Of a stretch of DNA of 64,000 nt, positions 28,107-37,649 are shown one piece after another (within the stretch, counting starts at the first letter, position 1; each line of letters starts with the position of its first letter). A program made the position numbers and the translations under genes. The notes below the pieces were generated by a model. It was not told where the DNA came from, made no database searches, and worked only from the letters and a program-made list of their open reading frames with translations. The DNA is from Candidatus Tepidifontimicrobium thermophilum (GTDB lineage: Bacteria; Sysuimicrobiota; Sysuimicrobiia; Sysuimicrobiales; Sysuimicrobiaceae): assembly GCA_031459915.1 (NCBI GenBank), contig JAVKHO010000008.1, positions 1 through 64,000 of the forward strand, given 5' to 3'.

Positions 28107-28410
28107 TGTCCGCGGCCCGGCGCGCCAGCTCCGAGACGGCCTCGTGGATCCGGAAGACCACCACCAGCGCCTCGAGGGCCAGCCGGAGGAGGGCACACCC
28201 CAGGAGGAACCCCAGGGGTGCCGTCACGAGGCCCAGCAGGGCGGGCGGGCCGCCCCGCACCAGGGCGGCCAGGAGGAAGGCCAGGGACCAGAAGGCCAGC
28301 AGGGCCACTCCGGCGGCGTAGACCCAGCGGGCCACCCGCAGGGTGACCATCCGTTCGAAGGAGAGGTCGAACAGGGACGCAAGGAAGGAGACTCCTTCCG
28401 GATCGCGCAC
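28096..28410 (-). CDS. DUF4282-like membrane protein
   Basis: LFDLSFERMVT...RLALEALVVVFRIHE. Confidence 0.7.
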   Translation of the reverse strand: MRDPEGVSFLASLFDLSFERMVTLRVARWVYAAGVALLAFWSLAFLLAALVRGGPPALLGLVTAPLGFLLGCALLRLALEALVVVFRIHEAVSELARRAADTTR

Positions 28411-28462
28411 AGCGGCCTCCGTTTTCGCGAAGGGTTCGGCGCGTGTGCGGGCACGTCCTCCG

Positions 28463-29383
28463 TCAGTCCTGCTGCGCCAGCCAGCGCTCCGCCTCGATGG
28501 CCGCCTGACACCCGTACCCCGCCGCGGTCACCGCCTGCCGGTAGGTGTGATCGTGCACGTCGCCTGCGGCGAATACCCCCTCCACGCTGGTCATCGTCCC
28601 CCGTTTGAGGACCACGTAGCCGGCGGCGTCCAGCTCCAGCTGGCCTCGGAACAGGTCGGTGTTGGGAATGTGACCGATGGCCACGAACACCCCGTCCGTG
28701 GCCAGCTCCCAGGTCTGCCCCGTCTGAGTGTGGCGCAGGCGCACCCCGGTCACGCGGGAGTCTTCCCCCAGGATCTCTTCCACCACGTGGTTCCACACGA
28801 ACTCGATCTTGGGGTTGCGGAAGGCGCGGTCCTGCAGGATCCGGCTGGCGCGGAGCTGATCCCGTCGGTGCACGACCCGCACGGACTCCGCCAGGTTGGC
28901 CAGGTACAACGCTTCCTCCATGGCGGTGTCCCCGCCTCCTATCACCACCACCCGCTTGCCGCGGAAGAAGAACCCGTCGCAGGTGGCGCAGGTGCTCACG
29001 CCCCGGCCGAGGTACCGGGTCTCCGACGGCAGGCCCAGCATGCGGGCCCGCGCGCCCGTGGCCACGATGACGGCCCGGGCCTCGTACACTTCGCCGTTCC
29101 CCGCCTGGATCCGGAAGGGGCGGGTGCGGAAGTCCACCGCCACCGCGTCCTCCGGAACGAACTCCGCCCCCACCCGCTGGGCCTGGCGGCGCATCTGCTG
29201 CATGAGCTCCGGCCCCAGGATGGGCTCCGCAAATCCGGGGTAGTTCTCCACCTCGGTAGTGAGCATGAGCTGGCCCCCGGGCTGGGAGCCCTCCAGGACC
29301 AGGGGGTGCAGGTTCGCCCGGGCCGCGTAGATGGCCGCGGTCAGGCCCGCGGGCCCGGAACCCAGGATCACGAGATCACGCAT
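28463..29383 (-). CDS. trxB: Thioredoxin-disulfide reductase
   Basis: [27 protein letters not shown]. Confidence 0.95.
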   Translation of the reverse strand: MRDLVILGSGPAGLTAAIYAARANLHPLVLEGSQPGGQLMLTTEVENYPGFAEPILGPELMQQMRRQAQRVGAEFVPEDAVAVDFRTRPFRIQAGNGEVYEARAVIVATGARARMLGLPSETRYLGRGVSTCATCDGFFFRGKRVVVIGGGDTAMEEALYLANLAESVRVVHRRDQLRASRILQDRAFRNPKIEFVWNHVVEEILGEDSRVTGVRLRHTQTGQTWELATDGVFVAIGHIPNTDLFRGQLELDAAGYVVLKRGTMTSVEGVFAAGDVHDHTYRQAVTAAGYGCQAAIEAERWLAQQD

Positions 29384-29497
29384 CGCTGTGCCCTCCGCGT
29401 CGCCGGGTTAGCCGGACCGCACGGTGCAACGCTCCGGGGGTCCGGAGGATTCCCGAACTGGGGTATAAACCTAAGCAGGAACGGCCCGGGGGTCGGG

Positions 29498-30292
29498 ATG
29501 TCGAACGCGCGCTTCCGCACCGACGTCGATTACTACGAGGTCCTACAGGTACACCCCAGCGCCCATCCTGCCGTCATCCGCAAAGTCTACCACGTGCTCA
29601 TGCTGGAGCTGAAGCACCACCCGGACCTGGGCGGGGACGTGGAGCGGGCGCAGTTGATCAACGAGGCGTTCGCGGTGCTGTCGGACCCGCAGCGGCGGCA
29701 GGAGTACGATCGGTTCCGGGCGGAAGTGGGGCTGCGCACGGAATCGCCCGGGGCAGCCCGCACCGCCCCGGAGCAGGGAGCAGACCCGGACGTCCACGCG
29801 GCACTCCTGGAGCAGATCCAGGAGGCCATGACGGCTCTGTCCGCGTGGCCGCCCCGCAAGACGCCGCCGCCCTTCTGCCGCGGCCGCGCGGCAGGGGTCG
29901 AGGTGGGGCCGCTGTCCCGGGTGCATGGGTTCCGATACACGGGGTCCATCCGAAGCGCGCAGGAGAAGCTGGGCGAGGAGCTGGAGTTCCGCACGTACGC
30001 GCGGCCGTCGGGGGACCTGCGCATGGTGGTGGTCGCGGCCCGCGGGACGCTGGTGGCGGGCATGCTGTGCGGCGCACCGGAGCAGCTGGCCCCCGACGTG
30101 GTCCGGGCGTTCGCCGCGGAGGTCACTGGCGGCGAGGTGGATGTGGAGGCGGTGGCGCGCCTGCTGCACGCGGTGGAGTACCTGGACTCCGGAGACCGGC
30201 GACGGCGGACGCGGGCGCTGGACCTGTGGCTGGCCTGCGCGACCCGGGAGCCGCACCAGAGCTGCCTCGTGCTGAGCGCGTACCCGCTCTAG
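29498..30292 (+). CDS. J-domain protein with uncharacterised C-terminal domain
   Basis: DYYEVLQV...HHPD...INEAFAVLSDPQRRQEYD; ATG at 29498. Confidence 0.8.
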   Translation: MSNARFRTDVDYYEVLQVHPSAHPAVIRKVYHVLMLELKHHPDLGGDVERAQLINEAFAVLSDPQRRQEYDRFRAEVGLRTESPGAARTAPEQGADPDVHAALLEQIQEAMTALSAWPPRKTPPPFCRGRAAGVEVGPLSRVHGFRYTGSIRSAQEKLGEELEFRTYARPSGDLRMVVVAARGTLVAGMLCGAPEQLAPDVVRAFAAEVTGGEVDVEAVARLLHAVEYLDSGDRRRRTRALDLWLACATREPHQSCLVLSAYPL

Positions 30293-30301
30293 AGCGCCGG
30301 C

Positions 30302-31450
30302 GTGGCGGCCCGTCCCTCCGAAGGCTCTCAGGGGACCCTGCGGGAGGTCGCCCTGCTGTTCCTCAAGCTCGGCCTGGTCGGCTTCGGCGGGCCCGCGGCG
30401 CACATCGCTCTCATGCACGAAGACGTGGTCCGCCGGCGGCGGTGGGTCTCCGAGGCCGAGTTCCTGGACCTCGTGGGTGCGACGAACCTGATCCCCGGCC
30501 CCAACTCCACCGAGCTCGCCATCCACCTGGGGTACCGCCGGGCGGGCTGGCCAGGGTTGGTGGCCGCGGGCGGCTGCTTCATCCTGCCCGCTTTTCTGGC
30601 CGCGCTGGGCTGCGCCTGGGCGTACGTGCGGTACGGCAGCCTGCCGCAGGTGGCCTCCGCCCTGTACGGCGCGAAGCCGGCCATCGTGGCGGTGGTGGCC
30701 GTGGCTCTGTGGGGGCTGGGGCGGGCGGCTTTGAAGGACGGGCTCACTTTGGGGCTGGCGGGTGCGGTACTGGTGTTGTGGCTGCGGGGAGCTCACGAGC
30801 TGGCGCTCCTGTTCGGTGCGGGGATCGTCGCCATGGCCGCACGAGGGCGGACCGGGGGTGTGGTGGCGTTGCTGCCGCTGGCGGCGCCGGCGGCGACCGC
30901 CGCCCCCGCCGCGGTGCCCTTCCAGTTGGGCACCCTGTTCTTCACCTTCCTGAAGATCGGATCGGTCCTGTTCGGCAGCGGGTACGTGCTGCTGGCCTTT
31001 CTGCACGCGGACTTCGTGGTCCGGCTGGGCTGGCTTTCCGACGGGCAGCTGTTGGACGCGGTGGCGGTGGGGCAGGTGACGCCGGGCCCGGTGTTTACCA
31101 CCGCCACGTTCGTGGGTTACCTGCTGGGAGGGCTTCCCGGCGCTGCGGTGGCCACGGCCGGGATCTTCCTGCCGGCCTTTGTGTTCGTGGCTGCTACGCA
31201 CCCCCTGGTCCCCCGCATGCGACGCTTCAAATTCGCCTCCGGGTTCCTGGACGGCGCGAACGCGGCCTCGTGGGCGCTGATGGCGGGCGTGAGCCTGCGC
31301 CTGGCCCAGGCCTCGCTGACCGACGGGGTGACCGTGGTCCTGGCGGTCGGGGCCTTGCTGCTGCTGTGGCGGCGGGTAAACTCCGCGTGGGTGGTGCTGG
31401 GCTGCGGGGCCGTGGGAGTTCTCACGCGGGAGCTCGTGACACGGCTGTGA
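30302..31450 (+). CDS. chrA: Chromate efflux transporter (long-chain CHR)
   Basis: FGGPAAHI, NLIPGPNSTE, FGSGYVL, QVTPGP. Confidence 0.92.
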   Translation: MAARPSEGSQGTLREVALLFLKLGLVGFGGPAAHIALMHEDVVRRRRWVSEAEFLDLVGATNLIPGPNSTELAIHLGYRRAGWPGLVAAGGCFILPAFLAALGCAWAYVRYGSLPQVASALYGAKPAIVAVVAVALWGLGRAALKDGLTLGLAGAVLVLWLRGAHELALLFGAGIVAMAARGRTGGVVALLPLAAPAATAAPAAVPFQLGTLFFTFLKIGSVLFGSGYVLLAFLHADFVVRLGWLSDGQLLDAVAVGQVTPGPVFTTATFVGYLLGGLPGAAVATAGIFLPAFVFVAATHPLVPRMRRFKFASGFLDGANAASWALMAGVSLRLAQASLTDGVTVVLAVGALLLLWRRVNSAWVVLGCGAVGVLTRELVTRL

Positions 31451-31498
31451 AACCGTCCCCGCATCCTGGGGGGTAGGCCGGGTGGAGGAGGTGAGGGC

Positions 31499-31957
31499 AT
31501 GCGCAGGCTTTCCGCGGTGGTGGGTCTGGGGGTTTTCCTGACGCTGGCCTCCGCAGCGCTCGCGCAGTCCTACAAGGCCGGGGAGTACCAGGTAGGCGCG
31601 CCCGCGTCAGAGCCGAAGTGGAGGGTCCAGGCGCGGACGGGGGCCACCCACGCGGGATTTGCCGCCGCGGCGGCTGCTGCCTCGTCGGTGGACCAACACC
31701 TGGGCCACGCCTTGAACTGCATCGAGGGCTCCAGGGGCAAGAACTTCAACGCCAGCTGGGGACACGTCTGCCAGGGCCAGGGCGACGGCCTGCTGGTGGA
31801 CCTGCGGGCAGACCGTGCGGGCGCGGCGTGGCTGCTGGTGGCGGAGGCCGCAGACCAGCTGGCCGTGGCCGGGATCCGGGCCCGCGACCTGGCACAGAAA
31901 AAGAACGCAAGCCGGGGCGTGGCGGAGCTGTTGCGCCTGATCGCGGAGAGCCGCTAG
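31499..31957 (+). CDS. Secreted hypothetical protein (His/Cys motif)
   Basis: GGAGGAGG RBS, signal peptide ending ALA-Q, HLGHALNCIEG...WGHVCQGQGDG. Confidence 0.65.
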   Translation: MRRLSAVVGLGVFLTLASAALAQSYKAGEYQVGAPASEPKWRVQARTGATHAGFAAAAAAASSVDQHLGHALNCIEGSRGKNFNASWGHVCQGQGDGLLVDLRADRAGAAWLLVAEAADQLAVAGIRARDLAQKKNASRGVAELLRLIAESR

Positions 31958-31974
31958 GCCGGGCGAAGGTATTG

Positions 31975-32003
31975 TTGAGAGCTCCCCGGAACCAGGCTAC
32001 TGT
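31975..32003 (+). promoter_or_regulatory. Sigma70-type promoter for the ccm operon
   Basis: TTGAGA-17 nt-TACTGT. Confidence 0.6.
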
Positions 32004-32027
32004 AGTAGCGCGGTCCCGAGGGAGATC

Positions 32028-32123
32028 ATGGAGCTACGCGTCCTCGCCCCGCGGCGGGCTCACCCGCCCGCGGGCCCCGCAAACCCCCAACGACTGCCCC
32101 GCGCCGCGGAGGGGGTGCAGTGA
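32028..32123 (+). CDS. Candidate 31-aa small ORF coupled to ccmF
   Basis: GAGGGAG RBS, ATG 32028, MELRVLAPRRAHPPAGPANPQRLPRAAEGVQ; TGA overlaps the ccmF GTG. Confidence 0.35.
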   Translation: MELRVLAPRRAHPPAGPANPQRLPRAAEGVQ

Positions 32124-34168
32124 GCGAGCTCGGTGGGTCCGCCGCTGCCCTCGCGCTCGCGCTCTGTGCGTATGCGGCAGGGGCTAGCTTCCACGGCGCC
32201 CGCACGGGCAGCACACGCTGGGCGGACAGCGGGGCACGGGCTCTGTGGGCGGCGGGCGCTGCCCTGACCGTGTGCGTGGCGACGCTGCTGTACGCCCTGG
32301 TGACGTGGGACTTCCGGCTGAGCTACGTGGTCCGCAACACCAGCCTCGCGACACCCCTGCTGTACCGGGTGACCGCCCTGTGGGGCGCGCAGGCGGGATC
32401 CCTGCTGTTCTGGAGCTGGCTGCTGGCCCTGGTGGCCTCCGCCGCCGTGGCCGGGCAGCGCCGCCAGCACCCTCAGCTGTCCGCGTGGGCCTGCGCGGTG
32501 CTGAGCGCGGTGCTGGGGTTTTTCCTGTTCCTGGTGGTCCTGGAGCGTCCGTTCCGGACCCTGCCGTTCGCGCCCGCAGACGGGCGCGGGCTGAACCCCC
32601 TGCTGGAAGACCCCGGCATGGTGGCCCACCCGCCTTTGCTGTACCTGGGGTTCGTGGGGCTTGCCGTGCCCTACGCCTTCGCCATGGCCGCTTTAGTGAC
32701 CCGGAGGCTGGACGCGGGCTGGGTCGCGGCCACCCGCCGCTGGACCGTGGCCAGCTGGCTCAGCCTGGGAGCCGGGCTGGTGGTGGGGGGGTGGTGGGCG
32801 TACCGGACCCTGGGCTGGGGCGGGTACTGGGGCTGGGACCCGGTGGAGAACGCGGCTTTGGTCCCCTGGCTGGTCGCCACCGCGTACCTTCACTCCGCGG
32901 TGGTGCAGGAGCGGCGCGGAGCCTTCGCCGCGTGGAACCTGACGCTGGTGGTGCTGGCGTTCGGCACCGCGGTCTTGGGCACCTTCCTCACGCGCACGGG
33001 GCTGGTGGTCTCCGTCCACAGCTTCGCGCGATCCGAGATCGGGCCGTACTTCCTCGGCTTCGTGGCGCTGCTGCTGGCGGCGTCCTTCGCCCTGGTGGCG
33101 TGGCGCTGGGACGACCTGCGGGGCAGCCCCCCGGTGGACGACCTGCGGTCGCGGGAGGGTGCTTTCCTGTTCAACAACGTGCTGTTTTTGAGCTTCGCGG
33201 GCGCGGTGCTGGTGGGCACCCTGTATCCGCTGGCGATCCAGGCGGCGGGAGGCCCGCAGGTGTTCGTGGGACCCCCGTACTTCCACGCGGTGGCCGCGCC
33301 CGTGGGCGTGGCGCTCCTCGTGCTGATGGGTGTCGCGGTGGGGCTGCCCTGGCGGCGCGCGGGTCCAGGTGTGGTGGCGCGTTTCCGCTACCCACTGTTC
33401 GCGGCGCTGATGGTGGCGATGGGATCCGGGGTGGTGCTGCGCCGTCCCGGCGTGGTGGCGGCCGCTGCGGCCCTGAGCTTCGCATTGTCCGCGACCCTGC
33501 AGGCGTTCCACGACGCGGGCCGGGCGGGCGCGCGGATCGGCCGGGGCTACCTCCAGGGCCTTCTGGAAGCGTTCCGGACGCAGCCCCGGCGCTACGGCGG
33601 CTACGTGGTGCACCTCGGGGTCCTGGTGATGGTGGTGGGCATCGTGGGGAGCCACGGGTACGTGCGGGAGCGCGAGGTGACGGTCCGCCCCGGTCAGACC
33701 TTCACCGTGGGCCCGTACGTTCTACGTTACCGGAGTTTGGAAGCGGGGGCCACGGCCCTGGCGGACGCACGCCGCGCCACGGTGGAGCTGAGGGAAGATG
33801 GACGCTCCCTGCTCCTGCAGCCGGTCCGGCTGTTCTACCCCAGGTGGGGGCAGGTGGTCAGCCGACCTGCGATCCGGTCCACCTGGCGGGAGGACGTGTA
33901 TGTGGTGCTGTGGGCCTTCCAGCCGGACGGCTCCGCCACGTTCCGCGCCTGGGTGAACCCCTTGGTGCGCTGGGTGTGGTTGGGCGCCCTCCTGGCGGCG
34001 GTGGGCACGGTGGTGACCCTGGGGCCGCGGGGAGGCAGCAGGCGAGCGGTCTTCGCCTTGGGCCCCTGGCCGTTGCGGCAGCAGCCTGCGCGGGACGGGC
34101 ACGGGGGGCGAGCGGTTCGGGAGGTGCTGCGGGCCCTGCGCGGCCCGAGGGCGGGCGGGGGACCGTGA
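32120..34168 (+). CDS. ccmF: Cytochrome c heme lyase CcmF
   Basis: HPPLLYLG, WWD domain LGWGGYWGWDPVENA, SVHSFA, YGGYVVHLG. Confidence 0.95.
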   Translation: MSELGGSAAALALALCAYAAGASFHGARTGSTRWADSGARALWAAGAALTVCVATLLYALVTWDFRLSYVVRNTSLATPLLYRVTALWGAQAGSLLFWSWLLALVASAAVAGQRRQHPQLSAWACAVLSAVLGFFLFLVVLERPFRTLPFAPADGRGLNPLLEDPGMVAHPPLLYLGFVGLAVPYAFAMAALVTRRLDAGWVAATRRWTVASWLSLGAGLVVGGWWAYRTLGWGGYWGWDPVENAALVPWLVATAYLHSAVVQERRGAFAAWNLTLVVLAFGTAVLGTFLTRTGLVVSVHSFARSEIGPYFLGFVALLLAASFALVAWRWDDLRGSPPVDDLRSREGAFLFNNVLFLSFAGAVLVGTLYPLAIQAAGGPQVFVGPPYFHAVAAPVGVALLVLMGVAVGLPWRRAGPGVVARFRYPLFAALMVAMGSGVVLRRPGVVAAAAALSFALSATLQAFHDAGRAGARIGRGYLQGLLEAFRTQPRRYGGYVVHLGVLVMVVGIVGSHGYVREREVTVRPGQTFTVGPYVLRYRSLEAGATALADARRATVELREDGRSLLLQPVRLFYPRWGQVVSRPAIRSTWREDVYVVLWAFQPDGSATFRAWVNPLVRWVWLGALLAAVGTVVTLGPRGGSRRAVFALGPWPLRQQPARDGHGGRAVREVLRALRGPRAGGGP

Positions 34169-34569
34169 GGTGGGCCGGCCTGTTGGCCGCAGTCCTGACG
34201 GCGCTGTGGTGCGCGGGGGCCTGGGCCTCCGGGGATCTGGACGAGCGGGTTCGCGCGGTCGCTTCGCGGCTGATGTGCCCTGTGTGCGAGGGCCGCACGG
34301 TGGCGGACTCCACCTCAGAGCTGGCGGCGCAGATGCGGGCGGTGATCCGGGAAAAGCTGGCCCAGGGCGAGACCGAGGACGCAGTGCTGGCGTACTTCGT
34401 GGAGCGGTACGGGCCGTCGGTGCTGGCGACCCCTCCCGCCGCCGGGTCCGGTTGGGTGCTGTGGCTCGCGCCCGCGGCGCTGGCGGCCGGCGGGGCCGGC
34501 TACGTGGTGTACCGGTTCGGACGCCGCAGCCCGTGGACGTGGGCGGATGACGGCGAGGGAGAGGGCTGA
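34165..34569 (+). CDS. ccmH: Cytochrome c biogenesis protein CcmH
   Basis: LMCPVCEG.TVADS, YFVERYG, WLAP; GTG at 34165. Confidence 0.9.
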   Translation: MRWAGLLAAVLTALWCAGAWASGDLDERVRAVASRLMCPVCEGRTVADSTSELAAQMRAVIREKLAQGETEDAVLAYFVERYGPSVLATPPAAGSGWVLWLAPAALAAGGAGYVVYRFGRRSPWTWADDGEGEG

Positions 34570-35512
34570 GGGGCAAGGCGGGCGGGGCCCTACCGGCCGG
34601 GTGGCCGTCCTGTTGGCTTGCGCCACGGCGCTGCTGACCACGGCCTCCGCGGCGGCGAGCCCGGTGGAGGGTGTGGTGGTGCACGGCGAAACGGGCCGAC
34701 CCGTGGCCGGCGTGGAGGTGCGGGTGGTGGGGATGGAACCCGGGGAGCCACCCGTGGAGGTGGTCTCCCGCACGGACCGAGGGGGCCGCTTCCAGGCACG
34801 GCTGCAGCCGGTGCGGCGCACGTACGTGGTGCAGGCCACGTTTGACGGGGTGACCTACACGAGCGGACCGTACCCGGCCTCTGGGGCCCTGTCGGCGGTG
34901 ACGCTCCGGGTGTTCGACGCCACCCGGGAACCTCCGGCGCTCCGGATCTCCCGGCGCGCACTGTTGCTGGATCGCGAGGGCCCGTGGTTTGTGGTGCGGG
35001 AGGTGACGGTCGTGCACAACCCGTCCCTACGCACCTACGTGGGAGCGGCGTCCAGCGCGGGGACGTGGCGGGTGCCGCTGCTGCGCGGCGCGCAGGACGT
35101 CCGGGTGGTCAGGGGGATGGTCCCCGCGGGCGTGGACCCGGATGGCGCCCTGGTGGACACCCTGCCGGTGCAGCCCGGCGAGCGGGCCGCGGTGGTGATG
35201 TACCGGGTGCGGGCGCGTGGGCCCTCCCTTCTGGAGCTGCCCACCGGGCTCGCCACCGAGTCCCTGGACGTGTTCGTAGCCGAACCCCTGCGGGTGGGGT
35301 CGGAGGTCCTGCGATTGCGGGAGGTCCGGCAGGTGGAGGGGATGCGGGTGGCGTGGCTGCAGGCGCGGGGTCTTCCGCCGGACGCAGTGGTCCCGCTGAG
35401 GGTGGAAGGCGTGCCCGAGGAGCCCCGTGGGGCGTCGCTCCTCCTGGCCGCGCTGCTGGCGGTGGGCTCCGCTACCTTCGTGGCCTGGCCCTGGTTGGCC
35501 CGGCGCGGTTGA
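34547..35512 (+). CDS. Exported beta-rich protein (carboxypeptidase regulatory-like domain) with C-terminal TM, ccm-associated
   Basis: Signal peptide, GVVVHGETGRPVAGVEV...TDRGGRF, C-terminal hydrophobic helix. Confidence 0.65.
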   Translation: MTARERAEGQGGRGPTGRVAVLLACATALLTTASAAASPVEGVVVHGETGRPVAGVEVRVVGMEPGEPPVEVVSRTDRGGRFQARLQPVRRTYVVQATFDGVTYTSGPYPASGALSAVTLRVFDATREPPALRISRRALLLDREGPWFVVREVTVVHNPSLRTYVGAASSAGTWRVPLLRGAQDVRVVRGMVPAGVDPDGALVDTLPVQPGERAAVVMYRVRARGPSLLELPTGLATESLDVFVAEPLRVGSEVLRLREVRQVEGMRVAWLQARGLPPDAVVPLRVEGVPEEPRGASLLLAALLAVGSATFVAWPWLARRG

Positions 35513-35547
35513 TGCAGTCCGCGGCACTGGTCTACACTAGGGCCAGC

Positions 35548-35655
35548 ATGGGATGGCTGCACGCGCTGTACCTCCCGTTCGCGCCGCGGCAGTGCATCTG
35601 TCCTCCGCGGGGGCGGCGGGGTAGCTCCCGCCACGCCGACCCCCGCGTCGCCTGA
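35548..35655 (+). CDS. Candidate Cys-containing leader peptide (35 aa)
   Basis: MGWLHALYLPFAPRQCICPPRGRRGSSRHADPRVA; ATG 9 nt after TACACT (35533-35538); lies upstream of an SsuA/TauA-type ABC operon. Confidence 0.45.
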   Translation: MGWLHALYLPFAPRQCICPPRGRRGSSRHADPRVA

Positions 35656-35805
35656 CCGCGCGCGGCCGCATCCTCACAGTTCCCGAGCAGTCCTAGACGT
35701 GTGCGGCCCGCGACCCCGGCCCGCCGCTGCGGGCAAGGTGGGTCCGTGGAGGGCCTGCCGGTGCGGCCGGGGTGGCTGAAGGACCCGGACGCAGGAGGTG
35801 ACGGG

Positions 35806-36873
35806 ATGCCGAGCAGGCACTTGGACCCGACGGAGCACTGCTGCCAGGAGCTGGCCGGGGACACAGCGCGGCTACCCCGGAGGCGGTTTTTGGCCTGGCT
35901 GGTGGCCGCGGGGCTGTCGGGGTGGCAGGCGCTGGCGCGCACCGGCTCTGCGCAGACCCGCCGCCGGGTGAGGTTGGGGTTCTGCGGGCAGCTGCTGTGC
36001 GTGGTCCCCTACGAGGTGGCCCGGCACCACGGCTACTTCGCGGAGCAGGGGCTGGACGTGGAACTGGTGTACTTCCGCGGCGGCGCGGCAGCCATGCAGG
36101 CCCTGGTGGCCGGCGCGGTGGACTACGCCGCCACGTCGTTCGACGTGGCGCTCGGGGCGCACGCGCGGGGCGCGCGCATCGTCCGCTTCTTCACCACCGG
36201 GAGGCTGCCGCTGTTCGCTCTGGTGACCGCGCCGGGCCAGGCGGATCGTATCCGGCGACTGGAGGACCTGGCGGGCCGGACGGTGGGGGTCTCAGGGCTC
36301 GGGAACGCTGACCACGTCCTGGCGCTGTACCTGGTTCGCCGGGCGGGGGTGGATCCCCAGCGGGTCCGGTTCGCGGTCTTGGGGCCTAACCTGTTCGACG
36401 CGCTGCGGGTGGGCCACGTGGACGCGGGGATGGTGCAGGAGCCCGCGCTGAGTCTTCTCAGCCGGAGCGGCGCGCGGGTGCTGGCGAACCTCATGGACTT
36501 GAAGCAGGCTGACCGCTTCCTGGGTGGTCCCTACGAGTTCATGGGGGTGGCGGTGCGCAGGGACGAGTGGCAGGCCCGCGAGGCGGAGATGCGGGCGCTG
36601 GCGCGGGCGCTCACGCGGGCCCTGCGCCTGATCCACTACGGGACCCCCCGGCTGGTGGTGCAGGCCCTCCCGCCGGAGCTGGTGGCGGGTGGAGATCGGG
36701 AACTGTTTGAGGCTGTGCTGGCGCGCCACCGTCGGTCCCTGTACCCGCAGTCAGGGCGCATCGACCTGACCGCCGCCCGTCGCGTCGCCGACCTGCAGGC
36801 CCAGGCGGGCGTACTGAGCCGGCCGGTGGATCCTGCGGAGCTGGTCAGCAACGCCATCGTGGAGGGGCTGTGA
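35806..36873 (+). CDS. ABC transporter substrate-binding protein (NitT/TauT/SsuA type), Tat signal
   Basis: AGGAGG RBS, PRRRFL twin-Arg, GYFAEQGLDVEL, DLAGRTVGV. Confidence 0.88.
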   Translation: MPSRHLDPTEHCCQELAGDTARLPRRRFLAWLVAAGLSGWQALARTGSAQTRRRVRLGFCGQLLCVVPYEVARHHGYFAEQGLDVELVYFRGGAAAMQALVAGAVDYAATSFDVALGAHARGARIVRFFTTGRLPLFALVTAPGQADRIRRLEDLAGRTVGVSGLGNADHVLALYLVRRAGVDPQRVRFAVLGPNLFDALRVGHVDAGMVQEPALSLLSRSGARVLANLMDLKQADRFLGGPYEFMGVAVRRDEWQAREAEMRALARALTRALRLIHYGTPRLVVQALPPELVAGGDRELFEAVLARHRRSLYPQSGRIDLTAARRVADLQAQAGVLSRPVDPAELVSNAIVEGL

Positions 36874-37649
36874 GCGCGCTGCGGATCCGCGGTCTGGAAG
36901 TCCGGTACGGATCTCACCGGGTCCTGGGCGGTGTGGACCTGGAGCTGGGCGAGGGCGAGTTTCTGGGTCTGGTGGGCCCCTCAGGTTGCGGGAAGAGCAC
37001 CCTGCTGCGGTGCGTGGCCGGGCTGGTGCAGCCCGAGGCCGGGCACGTGGAGGTATTCGGGAATCCCGTGCGGGGTCCCAGCCCCGAGGTCGGGATCCTG
37101 TTCCAGGACGACGCGCTGCTCCCCTGGCGGACGGCGCGGGAGAACGTGGCGCTACCCCTGCGTTTCCGCGGCGCCTCCCCGCGGGAGGCGCAAGAGCAGG
37201 CGGACCGGTGGCTTCGCCGGGTCGGGCTGGAGGGGTTCGGCGACCACTACCCCTCGGAGCTGTCCGGCGGGATGCGCAAGCGGGTGGCGCTGGCGCAGGT
37301 GCTGGCCGTGCGGCCCCGGCTGCTCCTGATGGACGAGCCCTTCGCCAGTGTGGACGCCATCGTACGCCACGTGCTGGAAGTGGACTTCTGCCGCCTGGTG
37401 GCTGAGGCGGGGACGGCGGTGTTGCTCGTGACTCACGACCTGGAGGAGGCTATCAGCCTCTGCGACCGGGTAGCGGTGATGTCCGCGGGACCCGCCGCGC
37501 GCATCGTGGCCGTGTACCAGATCCCCTTCGGACGGCCTCGGAATCCCGTGACCGTTCGCGCGGAGAACGAGTTCGGGCCGCTGGTGCGCGCGGTGTGGGA
37601 GACCTTGCAGGTGGAGGTGGCACGCATGGGCTGGGAGCTGTCGGCATGA
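36870..37649 (+). CDS. ABC transporter ATP-binding protein (TauB/SsuB type)
   Basis: GPSGCGKST, LSGGMRKRV, LLMDEPF, VTHDLEEA. Confidence 0.92.
   Translation: MSALRIRGLEVRYGSHRVLGGVDLELGEGEFLGLVGPSGCGKSTLLRCVAGLVQPEAGHVEVFGNPVRGPSPEVGILFQDDALLPWRTARENVALPLRFRGASPREAQEQADRWLRRVGLEGFGDHYPSELSGGMRKRVALAQVLAVRPRLLLMDEPFASVDAIVRHVLEVDFCRLVAEAGTAVLLVTHDLEEAISLCDRVAVMSAGPAARIVAVYQIPFGRPRNPVTVRAENEFGPLVRAVWETLQVEVARMGWELSA

Noticed and set aside
28343..29497. Long N-terminal extension of the J-domain ORF (649 aa)
   Set aside because: The extension is antisense to trxB; the J-domain begins right after ATG 29498
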